Source: an uncultured Phycisphaeraceae bacterium
Lineage (GTDB): Bacteria > Planctomycetota > Phycisphaerae > UBA1845
Assembly: GCA_964574815.1 (NCBI GenBank)
Contig: CAZNPL010000007.1
Coordinates: 51,246-115,245 of the forward strand
Reading direction: 5' to 3'
DNA: 64,000 bases
The notes beneath the pieces were generated by a model. The model made no database searches, was not told where the DNA came from, and saw nothing but the letters and a program-made list of their open reading frames with translations. Positions 1-10,725 of the stretch are shown piece after piece. The first letter of the stretch is position 1. Each line of letters opens with the position of its first letter. Position numbers and translations under genes: made by a program.

Positions 1-720
1 GCAGCGCGTGGTGATCTCAGGAACGTCAGCGGTCTCGTCCATCTCCGGCAAAAACACGGTCTGATGGGCGTCCCCCGCGTCGATACTCACACCCAGCTCG
101 CGGAACAATCGCTCGTAGCCGCGGCGCTCGTCCGCCTCTTCCTCGCCCCAGCAGGTGCGCCCGGCCACCGAGATGTTGAAGCCATGCTCCGTGAGCCAGC
201 GTAGCCCGCGAATCGTCGGTTCCCAAGTGTCAGGGCCACGCTCCTTTTCGTGCAGCTCACGGCTGTAGTGATCGATCGAGACGCGGATCAGGAGCTTTGA
301 TGAAAAGCGCCGCTGGAGATCGATCAGCCGATCGCCCCAGCGTTGCATGGGCCGCATCGCATTGGTCAGCACCAGCACCTCGAAACCGCGTGAGAGAGAG
401 TCTTCGAGTATGGCGAGGATTTCCGGGTTCATGAACGGCTCGCCGCCGGTGAACCCGATCTGCCGCGTGCCGAGGTGGTCGCGCTCGATTTCGTCGAGGT
501 ACGACCGCACGTCGGCCGCCGGGAGATAGACCAGGCAATCGTTGCGCGGACTGGACTCGATGTAGCAGTTGGCGCACGTGATGTTGCACAGCGTTCCGGT
601 GTTGAACCACAACGTGTCCAGTTTGCGCAGCGGGACGAACGCCCGCGGCTCACCGGTGGCCGTTGTTTCAGGATTCTCAAACTTCGCGCGTACTGGGTGG
701 GTCGTGCTCGGTTCGGTCAT
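1..720 (-). CDS. radical SAM protein (N-terminal ~240 aa; the ORF runs off the left edge of the window)
   Basis: My own translation from the ATG at 720. It is absent from the ORF track because there is no stop inside the window. Sequence: MTEPSTTHPVRAKFENPE...LWFNTGTLCNITCANCYIESSPRN...GFTGGEPFMNPE. It has the CX3CX2C cluster motif and a GGEP SAM motif, with no in-frame stop down to position 1. Confidence 0.7.
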   Translation of the reverse strand, partial: MTEPSTTHPVRAKFENPETTATGEPRAFVPLRKLDTLWFNTGTLCNITCANCYIESSPRNDCLVYLPAADVRSYLDEIERDHLGTRQIGFTGGEPFMNPEILAILEDSLSRGFEVLVLTNAMRPMQRWGDRLIDLQRRFSSKLLIRVSIDHYSRELHEKERGPDTWEPTIRGLRWLTEHGFNISVAGRTCWGEEEADERRGYERLFRELGVSIDAGDAHQTVFLPEMDETADVPEITTRC

Positions 721-791
721 GCTGTTCATCTTCTCCGAGTAGCAATATCATCTTTCCACCTGTAACGGTTTAGCGTCTCCTTGCCAGACTA

Positions 792-1400
792 TCAAGAAAA
801 CGACGTTGCAGGAGAAGATATTCCAGGCGTTCTGTGAAGGCTGTCCAACCAGTTGCTGATGAGCTGCATCCCGGGCGCGGTGAGGATGGATTCCGGGTGA
901 AACTGGACGCCCTCGGCCGGGAAGGTGCGGTGGCGGATGCCCATCAGCACGCCGTCGGCCGACGTGGCGCTGGCTGCCAGACAGTCCGGCAGTGTGTCCG
1001 GATCGATGACCAGGGAATGATAGCGGGTGGCCTCAAAGGGATTGGGAAGGTCTGTAAACACGTTTTGGCCGTCGTGGTGAATTCGGGCGGTTTTGCCGTG
1101 GACGACGCTTCGGCCGCGGACGATTACAGCGCCGTAAGCGGCGCCCAAGGCCTGGTGGCCGAGACAAACGCCAAGGATCGGTACGGAGGGAGCGAGTTCT
1201 CGAATCAGCGGAACGGAGATGCCGGCCTGGTCGGGCGTGCCCGGTCCCGGTGAAATGACGATTCCCCGCGGGCGGAGCCGGGCGACGTCATCCACGGTGA
1301 CCGCGTCATTGCGAAAGACCTGCAGATCGGCCCCGAGCACACCGAGGTATTGCACGAGGTTGAAAACGAACGAGTCGTAGTTGTCGATCACGACGATCAT
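792..1400 (-). CDS. trpG: anthranilate synthase component II (glutamine amidotransferase)
   Basis: 202 aa. Starts [19 protein letters not shown] and contains the GVCLGHQALG catalytic-Cys motif. Its start overlaps the trpE stop by 4 nt. Confidence 0.9.
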   Translation of the reverse strand: MIVVIDNYDSFVFNLVQYLGVLGADLQVFRNDAVTVDDVARLRPRGIVISPGPGTPDQAGISVPLIRELAPSVPILGVCLGHQALGAAYGAVIVRGRSVVHGKTARIHHDGQNVFTDLPNPFEATRYHSLVIDPDTLPDCLAASATSADGVLMGIRHRTFPAEGVQFHPESILTAPGMQLISNWLDSLHRTPGISSPATSFS

Positions 1401-2815
1401 GCGGCGCCTCGCAGATCGGCGATGGCCTGGACGATCGCTTTCGCTTTGTGCAGCGTCTCCTCGTATTCGCGCTGCGGGTCGGAGTCGGCCACGATGCCCG
1501 CGCCGGACTGCACGTATCCGCGCCCCGCGTGGATCACAATGGTTCGGATCGTGATGCAGGTGTCCATGTTGCCGTTGAGGCCGAAGTAGCCGATAGCGCC
1601 GGCGTAGATCCCACGGCGGGTCCGCTCCAATGCATCGATGATCTCCATCGCGCGCACCTTCGGCGCGCCCGACACCGTGCCGGCCGGAAACGCCGCGCCG
1701 AAGAGATCGACGGCGTCGCGGCCCGGCGCGAGCCTGCCTTCGACCTGCGAAACCAGATGCATCACCCGGGCGAAACGCTCCACCTCCAGCAATTTCACGG
1801 TCTGCACCGAGCCGTATTCACACACGCGGCCAAGGTCGTTGCGGGCAAGGTCGACCAGCATCACGTGCTCCGCCCGTTCCTTCTCGTCCGCTCGCAAGTC
1901 CGCTTCATGCCGCTCGTCGAGGCGCTCGTCACCGGTACAAGGGCGCGTTCCGGCGAGCGGACGAACGGTGGCCAGTCTCCCATCGAGCCGCACCATGGTC
2001 TCGGGCGACGAGCCGATCACGCGCAGGTCGCCGAATTGGAGATAGTACATGTACGGCGACGGGTTGGTGCGGCAGAGGGCGTCGTAGAGGCTGAACGAAT
2101 CGGCGGGTGGGGTGAACTCGAAGCGTTGCGACAGCACCACCTGAAAGATGTCGCCACTGTAAATGTACTCCTTCGCACACCGTACCGCGCGAAGAAATTC
2201 GCTCTTCTCAATCGAAGGAACCGGTTCGCCGATCGAAAGGCCAACAGTTGAATCGCCGGGAACTTCGGTCGGCATGGCTACAGTTGCACGATTGGCCAGA
2301 ACATCCTCTATTTCTTTGATCCGGCGCGCCCCATCGTTGTAAACAAGAATGTCGGCGTCGCCGGAAAGGTGATCAAATACAACGAGTTCGCCGGGATAAA
2401 TCAAATAGAGATCCGGCAGGCCTAGACCGTCCTCAACAGTGTCCGACACCCGTTCGAATAAACGAACCGCGTCGTAGGCGCAATAGCCCACGGCACCGCC
2501 GGAGAAGGCGGGCACCGCTGGAAGTCCGGCCGGTGCCGCGATCGTGGCCCGCAGAACGTCGAAAGGGTTGCCCACCGTGCAGTGCCTTTGACCGGCGGTT
2601 TGGAGTGTGCAGTCACCGCCGCGTGCGGTCAGGATGGCGCAAGGCCTGCCCCCCAGGAACGAGAACCGTCCGAGCCGCCCGTGTCCCGATAGCGACTCGT
2701 AGAGGAAGGCGTATTCGTCGCCGCCGTAGAGCGCCTTGAACAGATCGCGCGGGGCGGTGTTGAATCGTCGCCGGCGGTGCAGCGATGGTCGGTCATATAC
2801 CGCGGAGGTCGTCAT
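1397..2815 (-). CDS. trpE: anthranilate synthase component I
   Basis: 472 aa. Chorismate-binding core [30 protein letters not shown]. 4-nt overlaps with both neighbours. Confidence 0.9.
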   Translation of the reverse strand: MTTSAVYDRPSLHRRRRFNTAPRDLFKALYGGDEYAFLYESLSGHGRLGRFSFLGGRPCAILTARGGDCTLQTAGQRHCTVGNPFDVLRATIAAPAGLPAVPAFSGGAVGYCAYDAVRLFERVSDTVEDGLGLPDLYLIYPGELVVFDHLSGDADILVYNDGARRIKEIEDVLANRATVAMPTEVPGDSTVGLSIGEPVPSIEKSEFLRAVRCAKEYIYSGDIFQVVLSQRFEFTPPADSFSLYDALCRTNPSPYMYYLQFGDLRVIGSSPETMVRLDGRLATVRPLAGTRPCTGDERLDERHEADLRADEKERAEHVMLVDLARNDLGRVCEYGSVQTVKLLEVERFARVMHLVSQVEGRLAPGRDAVDLFGAAFPAGTVSGAPKVRAMEIIDALERTRRGIYAGAIGYFGLNGNMDTCITIRTIVIHAGRGYVQSGAGIVADSDPQREYEETLHKAKAIVQAIADLRGAA

Positions 2816-3837
2816 GCGCAGCTCGCCTCCGCGTGCGACAGCGCCGGGGCGAGCCGGTCGAGGTCTTTCATCAGTTGTGCGAACATTTCGACCGTGAGCG
2901 ACTGAGCGCCGTCGGACAGCGCGTGATCGGGGTCGGGATGAACCTCAACGAGCACACCGTGCGCTCCGGCCGCGATCGCCGCCCGCGCCAATGCCGGCAC
3001 GATGTCCCGCCGCCCGGCCGCATGGCTCGGATCGACGATGACCGGCAGATGCGTGGCGCTTCTCAACACCGGGACAATGCCCAGATCGAGCGTGAAGCGC
3101 GTGTGACCGGAGAACGTACGAATGCCCCGCTCGCAGAGAATCACGTTGCGATTGCCCTCCGAGATGATGTACTCGGCGGCCAGCAGAAGCTCGTCGATGG
3201 TCGCAGACATGCCTCGCTTGAGAAGGACCGGCCTGAACGACTCTCCGGCGCGCCGGAGCAGGTCGTAGTTCTGCATGTTCCTGGCCCCGATCTGCACAAT
3301 GTCCGCCACCTCCTCGACCGGGTCGAACGCGGCGACGGTGGTCGCCTCCGTAATCACCGGCAGGCCGACCTCGCGCCGCACGTGGGCGAGAATCTCGATG
3401 CCTGCCAGACCGAGCCCCTGGAACGAATAGGGCGACGTGCGTGGCTTGAACGCGCCGCCGCGCAGGACGTGCGCGCCGAGCGATTTCACGGCGAAACCCG
3501 ACTCGAGCATGAGCTCCAGCGACTCGACCGAGCACGGGCCGGCCATCACGATCGGCTCCGGTCCGCCGATGTCGGCTCCGTCGATCCGGACGACGGTGTC
3601 TTCCGGCTTCACTTCGCGGCTGGCGAGTTTGTAGGGCTTGGTGACGCGAATGACCTCACTGACACCGGGTAGGATCGAGAATTCGCCGGGGTCCTCCGCG
3701 CCGGTGTTGCCGGTGATTCCGACGGCGGTTCGCATCCGGCCCGGGATGGGATGGGCGCGAAGCCCCCTGGCGGCGATTTTCGTACAGACCGCGTCGACTT
3801 GCGCGTCTGTGGCATCAGCTTGCATGACGACCAGCAT
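2812..3837 (-). CDS. aroF: 3-deoxy-7-phosphoheptulonate (DAHP) synthase, type I-beta with N-terminal regulatory (ferredoxin-like) domain
   Basis: 341 aa. An N-terminal ~80 aa domain ([21 protein letters not shown]...) is followed by the [11 protein letters not shown] and [13 protein letters not shown] motifs typical of KDOPS-like DAHP synthases. The gene is embedded in the trp operon. Confidence 0.85.
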   Translation of the reverse strand: MLVVMQADATDAQVDAVCTKIAARGLRAHPIPGRMRTAVGITGNTGAEDPGEFSILPGVSEVIRVTKPYKLASREVKPEDTVVRIDGADIGGPEPIVMAGPCSVESLELMLESGFAVKSLGAHVLRGGAFKPRTSPYSFQGLGLAGIEILAHVRREVGLPVITEATTVAAFDPVEEVADIVQIGARNMQNYDLLRRAGESFRPVLLKRGMSATIDELLLAAEYIISEGNRNVILCERGIRTFSGHTRFTLDLGIVPVLRSATHLPVIVDPSHAAGRRDIVPALARAAIAAGAHGVLVEVHPDPDHALSDGAQSLTVEMFAQLMKDLDRLAPALSHAEASCA

Positions 3838-4609
3838 GGGCGGTACTCCGTGTGGCTTCCTTGAGTTCCCTCACGATTTGGACGGGATCCTCCGACTGCC
3901 GAATCGCATCGATCAAACGGCTCCCGACGACGACGCCGTCCACTTTACCATATAATCTACGCACGTGTTGGGGCCGCGAGATTCCGAATCCGACGACCAG
4001 CGGCTTGTTCGTGACCTCCCGGCCTCGCAACAGCAGCGGTTCGACGTCCGCCGACAAGTCACGCCGGGCCCCGGTCGTGCCCTTGAGCCCGACGCAGTAA
4101 AGAAACCCACTTGTCTTCCGGCAGAGCGTGGCCAGCCGTGCCGCGGGCGTGGTCGGCGCGGCCATGAGAATCAGATCGATGCCCTGTCCGGCGGCGGCCC
4201 GGCCGAAATCGTCAGCCTCCTCGACCGGTAAATCGGGGACGATCACCCCGGAGATGCCGGCCGCTTTCATCATCTCGAACAGCGTTTCACTACCGACCGC
4301 CAAAAGCGGATTGAGATAGGACATCAGCACCAGCGGGCACTGCACCGACAGTCCGCAGAGGCCGCCAAGTATGCGCCGAAGCGAAACGCCGTTTTCGAGT
4401 GCGCGCTGCGACGAAAACTGTATGGTCGGCCCGTCGGCGACCGGATCTGAAAACGGCACACCGACTTCGATCACATCGGCACCCGCATCGGCGAAGCGGC
4501 GGACGAGCTCGATCGATCTGTCGAAGGACGGGAAGCCGGCCGTTATGTAGGGAATCATGGCAAGCTCTTGGTCGCGGGCCAGGCGTTCGAACGTCTTTGC
4601 GATGGTCAT
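3815..4609 (-). CDS. trpA: tryptophan synthase alpha chain
   Basis: 264 aa with the [10 protein letters not shown] and [15 protein letters not shown] motifs. Confidence 0.9.
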   Translation of the reverse strand: MTIAKTFERLARDQELAMIPYITAGFPSFDRSIELVRRFADAGADVIEVGVPFSDPVADGPTIQFSSQRALENGVSLRRILGGLCGLSVQCPLVLMSYLNPLLAVGSETLFEMMKAAGISGVIVPDLPVEEADDFGRAAAGQGIDLILMAAPTTPAARLATLCRKTSGFLYCVGLKGTTGARRDLSADVEPLLLRGREVTNKPLVVGFGISRPQHVRRLYGKVDGVVVGSRLIDAIRQSEDPVQIVRELKEATRSTAHAGRHAS

Positions 4610-5790
4610 TCGACGACCTCCTCCAGAATGCCGAGATCCTTGTCGCCACGACCGGAGATGTTGACCAATACGATCTCGTCGCGCGGGCGTGTCGCCGCAA
4701 CCTCAACCGCATACGCAAGGGCGTGGGCCGTCTCGAGAGCGGGGATGATTCCTTCGGTCATCGACACGAGCGTCACGGCGTCGACTGCCTCCCGGTCGGT
4801 AACCGAAACATAGCGAACGCGACCGGATGCGTGCAGGAACGCGTGCTCGGGTCCGACACCGGGGTAATCCAGGCCGGCCGAGATCGAATGGGTCTCTCGA
4901 ATCTGCCCATCCTCGTCCTGAAGCAGCAGGCTTCGGGCGCCGTGCAGCACGCCGACCGAACCGGCACAGAGTGACGCGGCATGCCGCAAGGATTCGATGC
5001 CCGCGCCACCGGCCTCGACGCCGACAAGCTCCACGTCGTCGTTCAGAAAGGCGTGAAAGATCCCCATCGCATTGGACCCGCCGCCGACGCATGCGAAGAC
5101 GGCGTCGGGAAGGCATCCACGGCTGCAAAGAATCTGTTGCCTGGCCTCCACGCCGATGACCGACTGGAAATCGCGGACCATAAGCGGATACGGATGCGGC
5201 CCGACGACCGAGCCGATAACGTAATGCGTCGAATCGACGTTGGCGACCCAGTCACGGATGGCCTCGTTCACAGCGTCCTTCAGCGTGCGGCTGCCCGACT
5301 CCACCGGGATGACGTCGGCACCCAGCAGCCGTATGCGCAGCACATTGGGACGCTGGCGATCTATGTCCTTGCTGCCCATGTACACGGCGCAGGGAACGCC
5401 GAGCACCGCGGCCGCCGTCGCCGTGGCCACCCCGTGCTGGCCCGCTCCGGTCTCGGCGATGATGCGCTTCTTGCCCATTCGCTGCGCGAGCAGCACCTGG
5501 CCGACTGCGTTATTGATCTTGTGCGCGCCCGTGTGGCAGAGATCCTCTCGTTTGAAGAAGATGCTCGCGCCGCCGACGCGATCCGTCAGATTCCGGGCGA
5601 ATTGCAGAGGCGTGGGCCGGCCGACGAAATCGCGCAGCATGTCGTGCAGACGCTGGGTGAACTCCTGGTCCGAACCGGCCTCCCTGTAAGCGACATCGAG
5701 TTCATCGAGCGCGTGAATCAGCGTCTCGGGGACGAAGCGGCCCCCGAAATCACCGAAAAAACCACGGCTATTCGGCAGCACTTGTTGCAT
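4606..5790 (-). CDS. trpB: tryptophan synthase beta chain
   Basis: 394 aa. [17 protein letters not shown] (PLP lysine), GGGSNAMG. Confidence 0.95.
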   Translation of the reverse strand: MQQVLPNSRGFFGDFGGRFVPETLIHALDELDVAYREAGSDQEFTQRLHDMLRDFVGRPTPLQFARNLTDRVGGASIFFKREDLCHTGAHKINNAVGQVLLAQRMGKKRIIAETGAGQHGVATATAAAVLGVPCAVYMGSKDIDRQRPNVLRIRLLGADVIPVESGSRTLKDAVNEAIRDWVANVDSTHYVIGSVVGPHPYPLMVRDFQSVIGVEARQQILCSRGCLPDAVFACVGGGSNAMGIFHAFLNDDVELVGVEAGGAGIESLRHAASLCAGSVGVLHGARSLLLQDEDGQIRETHSISAGLDYPGVGPEHAFLHASGRVRYVSVTDREAVDAVTLVSMTEGIIPALETAHALAYAVEVAATRPRDEIVLVNISGRGDKDLGILEEVVE

Positions 5791-6406
5791 GAGCGTTCCT
5801 CACTGCTTTCACAAACGCGTGCATTCGGTCGACATCCTTGACTCCCGGAGAGGACTCGACGCCGCTGCACACATCGACGGCGCAGGGCTCCAACGCACCG
5901 ATGGCTTCACCAACGTTCTCCGGCTTCAATCCGCCGGCGACAACCAGCCGGTTGCGCAGGGCCGGAACACCGGAGAGGTCCGAGTACGCATGCCAATCGA
6001 ACGCGCGTCCGTCGCCGCGCCCTGGATCCAGAAGCAGCCCGGCCACGCGGAAGCGAGCCGCCTGCGCTTCGATCACCTGCGGTCCTGCATCGGGATGGAT
6101 GGCCAGTCGCTTGATCACGGGGCGCTGGACGCGGCGGCAGTAGTCGGCGTCCTCATTTCCATGCAGTTGGACGACGCCGGTTCCCGTGTCGGCGACGACC
6201 TGCGACACGAATTCGAGCGGCTGATCCATGAACACACCGACCGCGGTCACAAACGGCGGGAGGGCGTCGATGATTTCGCGTGCGGCGGACGGATCCACCC
6301 TGCGAGGCGATTCGGCGAACACAAATCCAAGCGCGTCGACGCCGGCCTCCACCGCCCATTGAGCGTCGCGATGAGACGTGATCCCGCACACCTTCACGCG
6401 CGTCAT
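5768..6406 (-). CDS. trpF: phosphoribosylanthranilate isomerase
   Basis: 212 aa starting [11 protein letters not shown], with a (beta/alpha)8 PRAI-like sequence, in trp operon context. Confidence 0.9.
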   Translation of the reverse strand: MTRVKVCGITSHRDAQWAVEAGVDALGFVFAESPRRVDPSAAREIIDALPPFVTAVGVFMDQPLEFVSQVVADTGTGVVQLHGNEDADYCRRVQRPVIKRLAIHPDAGPQVIEAQAARFRVAGLLLDPGRGDGRAFDWHAYSDLSGVPALRNRLVVAGGLKPENVGEAIGALEPCAVDVCSGVESSPGVKDVDRMHAFVKAVRNAHATSAAE

Positions 6407-7212
6407 CTCCGAACCTCCCGTTGCGCGTTAGCACGGCGCGCCTCGCGGCCGAGCAGCGTCGCGACCTGCCCGGCGGGATCGTCCGCCCGCATCAGGCATT
6501 CACCGACAAGCACGGCGTCAAACCCGGCGGCATCGAGTCGTTGCACGTCGGCTCGAGCACGGACGCCACTCTCCGCCACGGCGATGCAGTCCGATGGGAT
6601 AAAGGGGCGCAGCCGCAATGCCGTGCCGGTGTCCAATTCAAATGTCCGCAGATCACGGTTGTTCACGCCGATGATGAGTGCGCCGGCCTCGATGGACTGA
6701 TTCAGCTCGTCCCCGTCGTGAACTTCGACAAGGGCGTCGAGTCCGAGCGTGTCGGCCAGTTCGAGCAGCTCGCGCAGCGTCGATGGAGACAGCGCAGCCA
6801 CAATCAGAAGCACGGCATCGGCGCCAAGTCGCCGCGCCTCGAACAACTGATAGGCGTCTACGACGATATCCTTTTGCAGCACGGGGAGCGAACTGGCGCG
6901 GCGAACCGCCGGCAGGTCATTCGGCTGGGCGCCGAAAAACGTCTCATCGGTCAATACCGACAGAGCGGAGGCGCCGCCCTGTTCGTAAGCGGCGGCCAGT
7001 TCCGCGGGATCGCCTCCCGATACGATGGCGCCGGCCGATGGCGAACGCCGTTTGATCTCCGCAATCAACGACATACCCGGGGCGCGAAGCGCTTGCCTGA
7101 AGGGGTGTCCCGTCACCCGACAGTCCTGTCGATCGCGATCGATTGGCGCCGAACGCTTCCGCTCGGCCACCTGCCGCCGCTTCGATTCGACCATCGCGTT
7201 CAAGCGGTTCAT
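6403..7212 (-). CDS. trpC: indole-3-glycerol phosphate synthase
   Basis: 269 aa with LIAEIKRRSPSAG, VLTDETFFGA and IIGVNNRDL. Confidence 0.9.
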   Translation of the reverse strand: MNRLNAMVESKRRQVAERKRSAPIDRDRQDCRVTGHPFRQALRAPGMSLIAEIKRRSPSAGAIVSGGDPAELAAAYEQGGASALSVLTDETFFGAQPNDLPAVRRASSLPVLQKDIVVDAYQLFEARRLGADAVLLIVAALSPSTLRELLELADTLGLDALVEVHDGDELNQSIEAGALIIGVNNRDLRTFELDTGTALRLRPFIPSDCIAVAESGVRARADVQRLDAAGFDAVLVGECLMRADDPAGQVATLLGREARRANAQREVRR

Positions 7213-8255
7213 GCCGACGCCCCGTTCAGAAAATGCTTCATCATCTCGAGCTTAAGGGCCGCCTGGCCCGAGTCGATCGAGTACCGGGCGCGATCCACAG
7301 CGTCGGAAAGCGTCGACTCGAGTCCCGAGACGTAGATGGCCGCAGCCGCATTAAGCAGGACAATATCGCGAGCGGCTCCTGCGGCACCGCCGAGCACGCT
7401 CAACAGAATGTCGCGGTTGGTCAGGGCATCTCCGCCGGCGAGCTCCCGGATGTCAGCGGTTCTCATGCCGAACTGGCCGGGCTCGACTGTATACGTCCTC
7501 AGGCATCGTTGCGTGACGTCGGTGACGCGCGTCGGGCCGGTGACGCTGAACTCGTCCAGGCCGTCATGCCCATACACGACCAGCGCCCGCCGGATACTCA
7601 ACCGGCGCAGCACCTCGGCGACCGGTTCGGTCAGGCTTTCGTCGAATACACCGACGACCTGCTGCCGCACGCGCGCCGGATTCACCAGCGGCCCGATCAA
7701 ATTGAACAGGGTGCGCACGCCGAGGTCCCGCCGAGGACCCGCGGCTACTCGAAGCGGTGAGTGATAACTGGGCGCAAACAGAAAGCCGATCCCGACCTGC
7801 TCGATGCACGCCGCAGCGCGTTCGGCTGACGCCTCGATCGGTATACCGAGGGCTTCCAGCACGTCCGCACTACCACACGCACTGGAGACGGCGCGATTCC
7901 CATGTTTCGCAACGCGGCAGCCCGCACCGGCGGCCACGAACGCGGCGGCGGTCGAGATATTGAACGTGCCGGCTCCGTCGCCCCCCGTACCGCACGTGTC
8001 GACGAGATCGACGCCCGACAGAGGCAAGGGCGTCATCGCCCCTCGAACGGCTCGCGCGAACCCATACAGTTCGTCAACGTGCTCGCCCTTCATGCGAAGA
8101 CCGACCAGCAGCCCGGCAATCTGGGCTGGCGTCGCATGCTCGGCCATCACGGCCGAGGCTACCTCGTACGCCGCTTCGGTGCCCAGCGTCCGCCCCGCGA
8201 CGACCTCGCGAATGGCCTGTCGCACGACTCCGAATCCGTTGTTGATCGCGTTCAT
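7209..8255 (-). CDS. trpD: anthranilate phosphoribosyltransferase
   Basis: 348 aa with LVDTCGTGGDGAGTFNISTAAAFVAA and KHGNRA. Confidence 0.9.
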   Translation of the reverse strand: MNAINNGFGVVRQAIREVVAGRTLGTEAAYEVASAVMAEHATPAQIAGLLVGLRMKGEHVDELYGFARAVRGAMTPLPLSGVDLVDTCGTGGDGAGTFNISTAAAFVAAGAGCRVAKHGNRAVSSACGSADVLEALGIPIEASAERAAACIEQVGIGFLFAPSYHSPLRVAAGPRRDLGVRTLFNLIGPLVNPARVRQQVVGVFDESLTEPVAEVLRRLSIRRALVVYGHDGLDEFSVTGPTRVTDVTQRCLRTYTVEPGQFGMRTADIRELAGGDALTNRDILLSVLGGAAGAARDIVLLNAAAAIYVSGLESTLSDAVDRARYSIDSGQAALKLEMMKHFLNGASA

Positions 8256-8260
8256 GGCAT

Positions 8261-8290
8261 AAAAAAAGCCCCCGGCGTCTAACCGAGGGC
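8261..8290 (-). terminator. intrinsic terminator (attenuator) between the trp leader ORF and trpD
   Basis: Minus-strand RNA GCCCUCGG-UUAGACG-CCGGGGGC followed by UUUUUUU. The stem is 8 bp with one G.U pair. The U-run ends 5 nt before the trpD ATG. Confidence 0.6.
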
Positions 8291-8323
8291 CTGTCCCGTT
8301 CCTGCTGGTTTCAAAGTGTCACG

Positions 8324-8395
8324 TCATAAGCGCGCACCGGCCCCCGGTTCAGCGTTGTGCCACCACCAGAGGCCGTTAACGAAGCACTTGCTCAT
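8324..8395 (-). CDS. trp operon leader peptide, 23 aa with three consecutive Trp codons
   Basis: ATG at 8395. Translation is MSKCFVNGLWWWHNAEPGAGARL*, which is the C-terminal tail of track ORF 8324..8563. The WWW codons lie at about 8360-8368. The stretch encoding EPGA (CCGGGGGCC, 8339-8347) is complementary to the left arm of the terminator. Confidence 0.65.
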   Translation of the reverse strand: MSKCFVNGLWWWHNAEPGAGARL

Positions 8396-8404
8396 GACGT
8401 TATT

Positions 8405-8434
8405 ACAATAGCAATGAGGAACCGTTCGTGTCAA
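8405..8434 (-). promoter_or_regulatory. sigma70-like promoter for the trp leader/operon
   Basis: Minus strand reads TTGACA-N18-TATTGT. The -10 element ends only 9 nt before the leader ATG, which implies a near-leaderless transcript. Confidence 0.45.
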
Positions 8435-8710
8435 GCCGGCAGTCGAAAAAAGACAAGGTCGTCGCCGTCGGGCAGTGCGTGAGCGTTCAAAGCGGGTGTC
8501 ACTGGCAGCTTGTACGTGTCTAGCGTGCTGACGAGGGTGCCATGGGCAGGCCGCCCGTGGCACCCGGAATCGAATGCCGCCTGAACCGTCACGGAGCCCC
8601 CCGTCCAGGTGCAGGGCGTCACCTGATTGCCAGCGCCGGCCCGTACGTTAGAATTCCTCGTCTTACACCGCGAGGCTACTCTACCGACTTGCGAGTCAAG
8701 GTGAAGCGAG

Positions 8711-9679
8711 ATGCCAGAGGCCGTCCTCTGCCGAGATCTGCGTAAGCGATACGACACCAAGAAGAAGGCCGTGGATGCGCTGAACGGCCTGGATCTGGAA
8801 GTACAGGTCGGGGAATGCTTCGGGCTGCTGGGACCGAACGGGGCCGGCAAGACGACCACCGTCGAGATCCTCGAGGGGCTCCTCAAGGAGACTTCCGGCT
8901 ATGTGGAGGTTCTCGGGCGGCAGTGGAACGGTCGCGACGGCGACCAGATCCGCCAGCGCATCGGGATCAGCCTGCAGGATACACGCCTCAACGACAAGCT
9001 GACCGCTCGCGAAACGCTGCAGCTCTTCCGGAGCTTCTACAAACAGGGACGCGACCCCGACGAGGTGATCGGCATGGTCCACCTTGAAGAAAAGGCCGGC
9101 GCGTGGGTCGGCAAGATGTCCGGCGGCCAAAAGCAGCGATTGGCCGTGGCCTGCGCTCTGGTCGGCGATCCCGAGCTGCTGTTTCTTGATGAGCCGACCA
9201 CGGGGCTGGACCCGCAGTCGCGCCGTGAATTATGGGACATCATTCGCGAGCAGCGCTCCCGCGCCCGCACTACGGTCATCACGACCCACTACATGGACGA
9301 GGCCCAACGCCTCTGCGATCGCGTCGCCGTGGTCGACCACGGTCGGGTCATCGCTCTGGGCTCGCCCGCGGAATTGATCAATCAGATCGGCGGCGAGCAC
9401 GTGATCGAATTCGGTTTGGTGCACCAGAATGGCGAGTCGGCCGAGGTGGCGACCGATCTTTTCGCCGATCTGCCCTCGGTGAACGCCGCACGAAAGGAAG
9501 GGGATGACTTTTCTCTGACGGTGTCAGAGCCTCACGTCGCGCTGCCGGCGCTCGTCAACCACCTCCAGGCGCGCGACCTGGAACTGGCCAGCCTTACCAC
9601 CCGGCACGTCAGCCTCGAAGACGTCTTCGTCACGCTCACCGGCAGGCACCTGGCAGATGAAGAGATATCATCCGACTAG
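8711..9679 (+). CDS. ABC transporter ATP-binding protein (ABC-2/DrrA-like)
   Basis: 322 aa. Walker A GLLGPNGAGKTTT, signature MSGGQKQRL, Walker B LLFLDEPTTGLD. Confidence 0.9.
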   Translation: MPEAVLCRDLRKRYDTKKKAVDALNGLDLEVQVGECFGLLGPNGAGKTTTVEILEGLLKETSGYVEVLGRQWNGRDGDQIRQRIGISLQDTRLNDKLTARETLQLFRSFYKQGRDPDEVIGMVHLEEKAGAWVGKMSGGQKQRLAVACALVGDPELLFLDEPTTGLDPQSRRELWDIIREQRSRARTTVITTHYMDEAQRLCDRVAVVDHGRVIALGSPAELINQIGGEHVIEFGLVHQNGESAEVATDLFADLPSVNAARKEGDDFSLTVSEPHVALPALVNHLQARDLELASLTTRHVSLEDVFVTLTGRHLADEEISSD

Positions 9680-10691
9680 AGAACTTTTTCTCACCCGGAT
9701 GAGAACGTTCTACCGGGAGCCGGAAGCCATCTTCTGGACCTACGGCTTCCCGCTCATTCTCACGATCCTGCTGGGAATCGCGTTTCGCAACCGACCGCCC
9801 GAGACCATCGACGTCGCAATCGAACAGGCCTCGACCGCGGAAGAAGTCCGCCTGAAACTGAAGGAATTCGAGGGCTTCGACGTCGACACGTGCGCGCCCG
9901 AGCAATGCGTCGAACAGCTTCGGCTCGGCAAAGTGGCCATCGTCGTTAAGCCCGGGGAGACGTTCAAGTATCAGTACGACCCGACCCGGCCGGAAAGCGC
10001 ATTGGCTCGGGCGAAGCTCGACGACGCCGTGCAACGCGCCTACGGGCGATCCGACGTGATACGGGTCGAGGATCAGCAAATTACCGAACCCGGCGCCCGC
10101 TACATCGACTTTCTTGTGCCCGGCCTGCTGGGATTGAACCTGATGGGCGGCGGCCTCTGGGGCGTCGGGTTCGTCATCACCGACATGCGCGTCCGCAAGC
10201 TGCTCCGCCGGCTGATCGCCACGCCGATGAGCAGGTCCGATTTCCTCTTCTCACTGATTGGCGGCCGATTGGTATTCACGTTGCCTGAAATGATCTTCAT
10301 CCTCGGAGCCGGACTCGTCATCTTCGACGTGCGGATTCAGGGCAACTGGCTGAGCATCGTGCTCATTTCTCTCATCGGGGCGATGAGCTTCGCGGGGCTG
10401 GGCCTGCTCGTCGCAAGCCGGGCGAAGAGAATCGAGACGATCTCCGGGTTGATGAACCTGGTGATGCTGCCGATGTGGCTCTTCTCCGGGGTCTTCTTCT
10501 CCAGCGACCGCTTCCCCGACTTATTACAGCCGTTTATTCAAGCATTACCACTGACGCAACTGATCGACGCGCTCCGCGCGGTGATTCTCGAAGGTGCCTC
10601 CCTGTTCGATCAGATCTGGCGGCTGGCCGTCGTGATTGCCTGGGGCGCCGTGTCATTTCTGGCCGCTTTGAAGATCTTCCGTTGGACGTAG
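9657..10691 (+). CDS. ABC-2 type transporter permease
   Basis: 344 aa, multi-pass and hydrophobic, overlapping the preceding ATPase gene. Position 9699 is an alternative start. Confidence 0.8.
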   Translation: MKRYHPTRELFLTRMRTFYREPEAIFWTYGFPLILTILLGIAFRNRPPETIDVAIEQASTAEEVRLKLKEFEGFDVDTCAPEQCVEQLRLGKVAIVVKPGETFKYQYDPTRPESALARAKLDDAVQRAYGRSDVIRVEDQQITEPGARYIDFLVPGLLGLNLMGGGLWGVGFVITDMRVRKLLRRLIATPMSRSDFLFSLIGGRLVFTLPEMIFILGAGLVIFDVRIQGNWLSIVLISLIGAMSFAGLGLLVASRAKRIETISGLMNLVMLPMWLFSGVFFSSDRFPDLLQPFIQALPLTQLIDALRAVILEGASLFDQIWRLAVVIAWGAVSFLAALKIFRWT

Positions 10692-10725
10692 GCGAGGGGA
10701 GATCCTCTCCCACCGTGCAACGCGC

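Noticed and set aside
8256-8260. Mini-ORF AUGCCAUGA (M-P-stop) overlapping the trpD start codon
   Set aside because: It is only two codons and is most simply a by-product of the sequence context. There is no evidence that it is functional.
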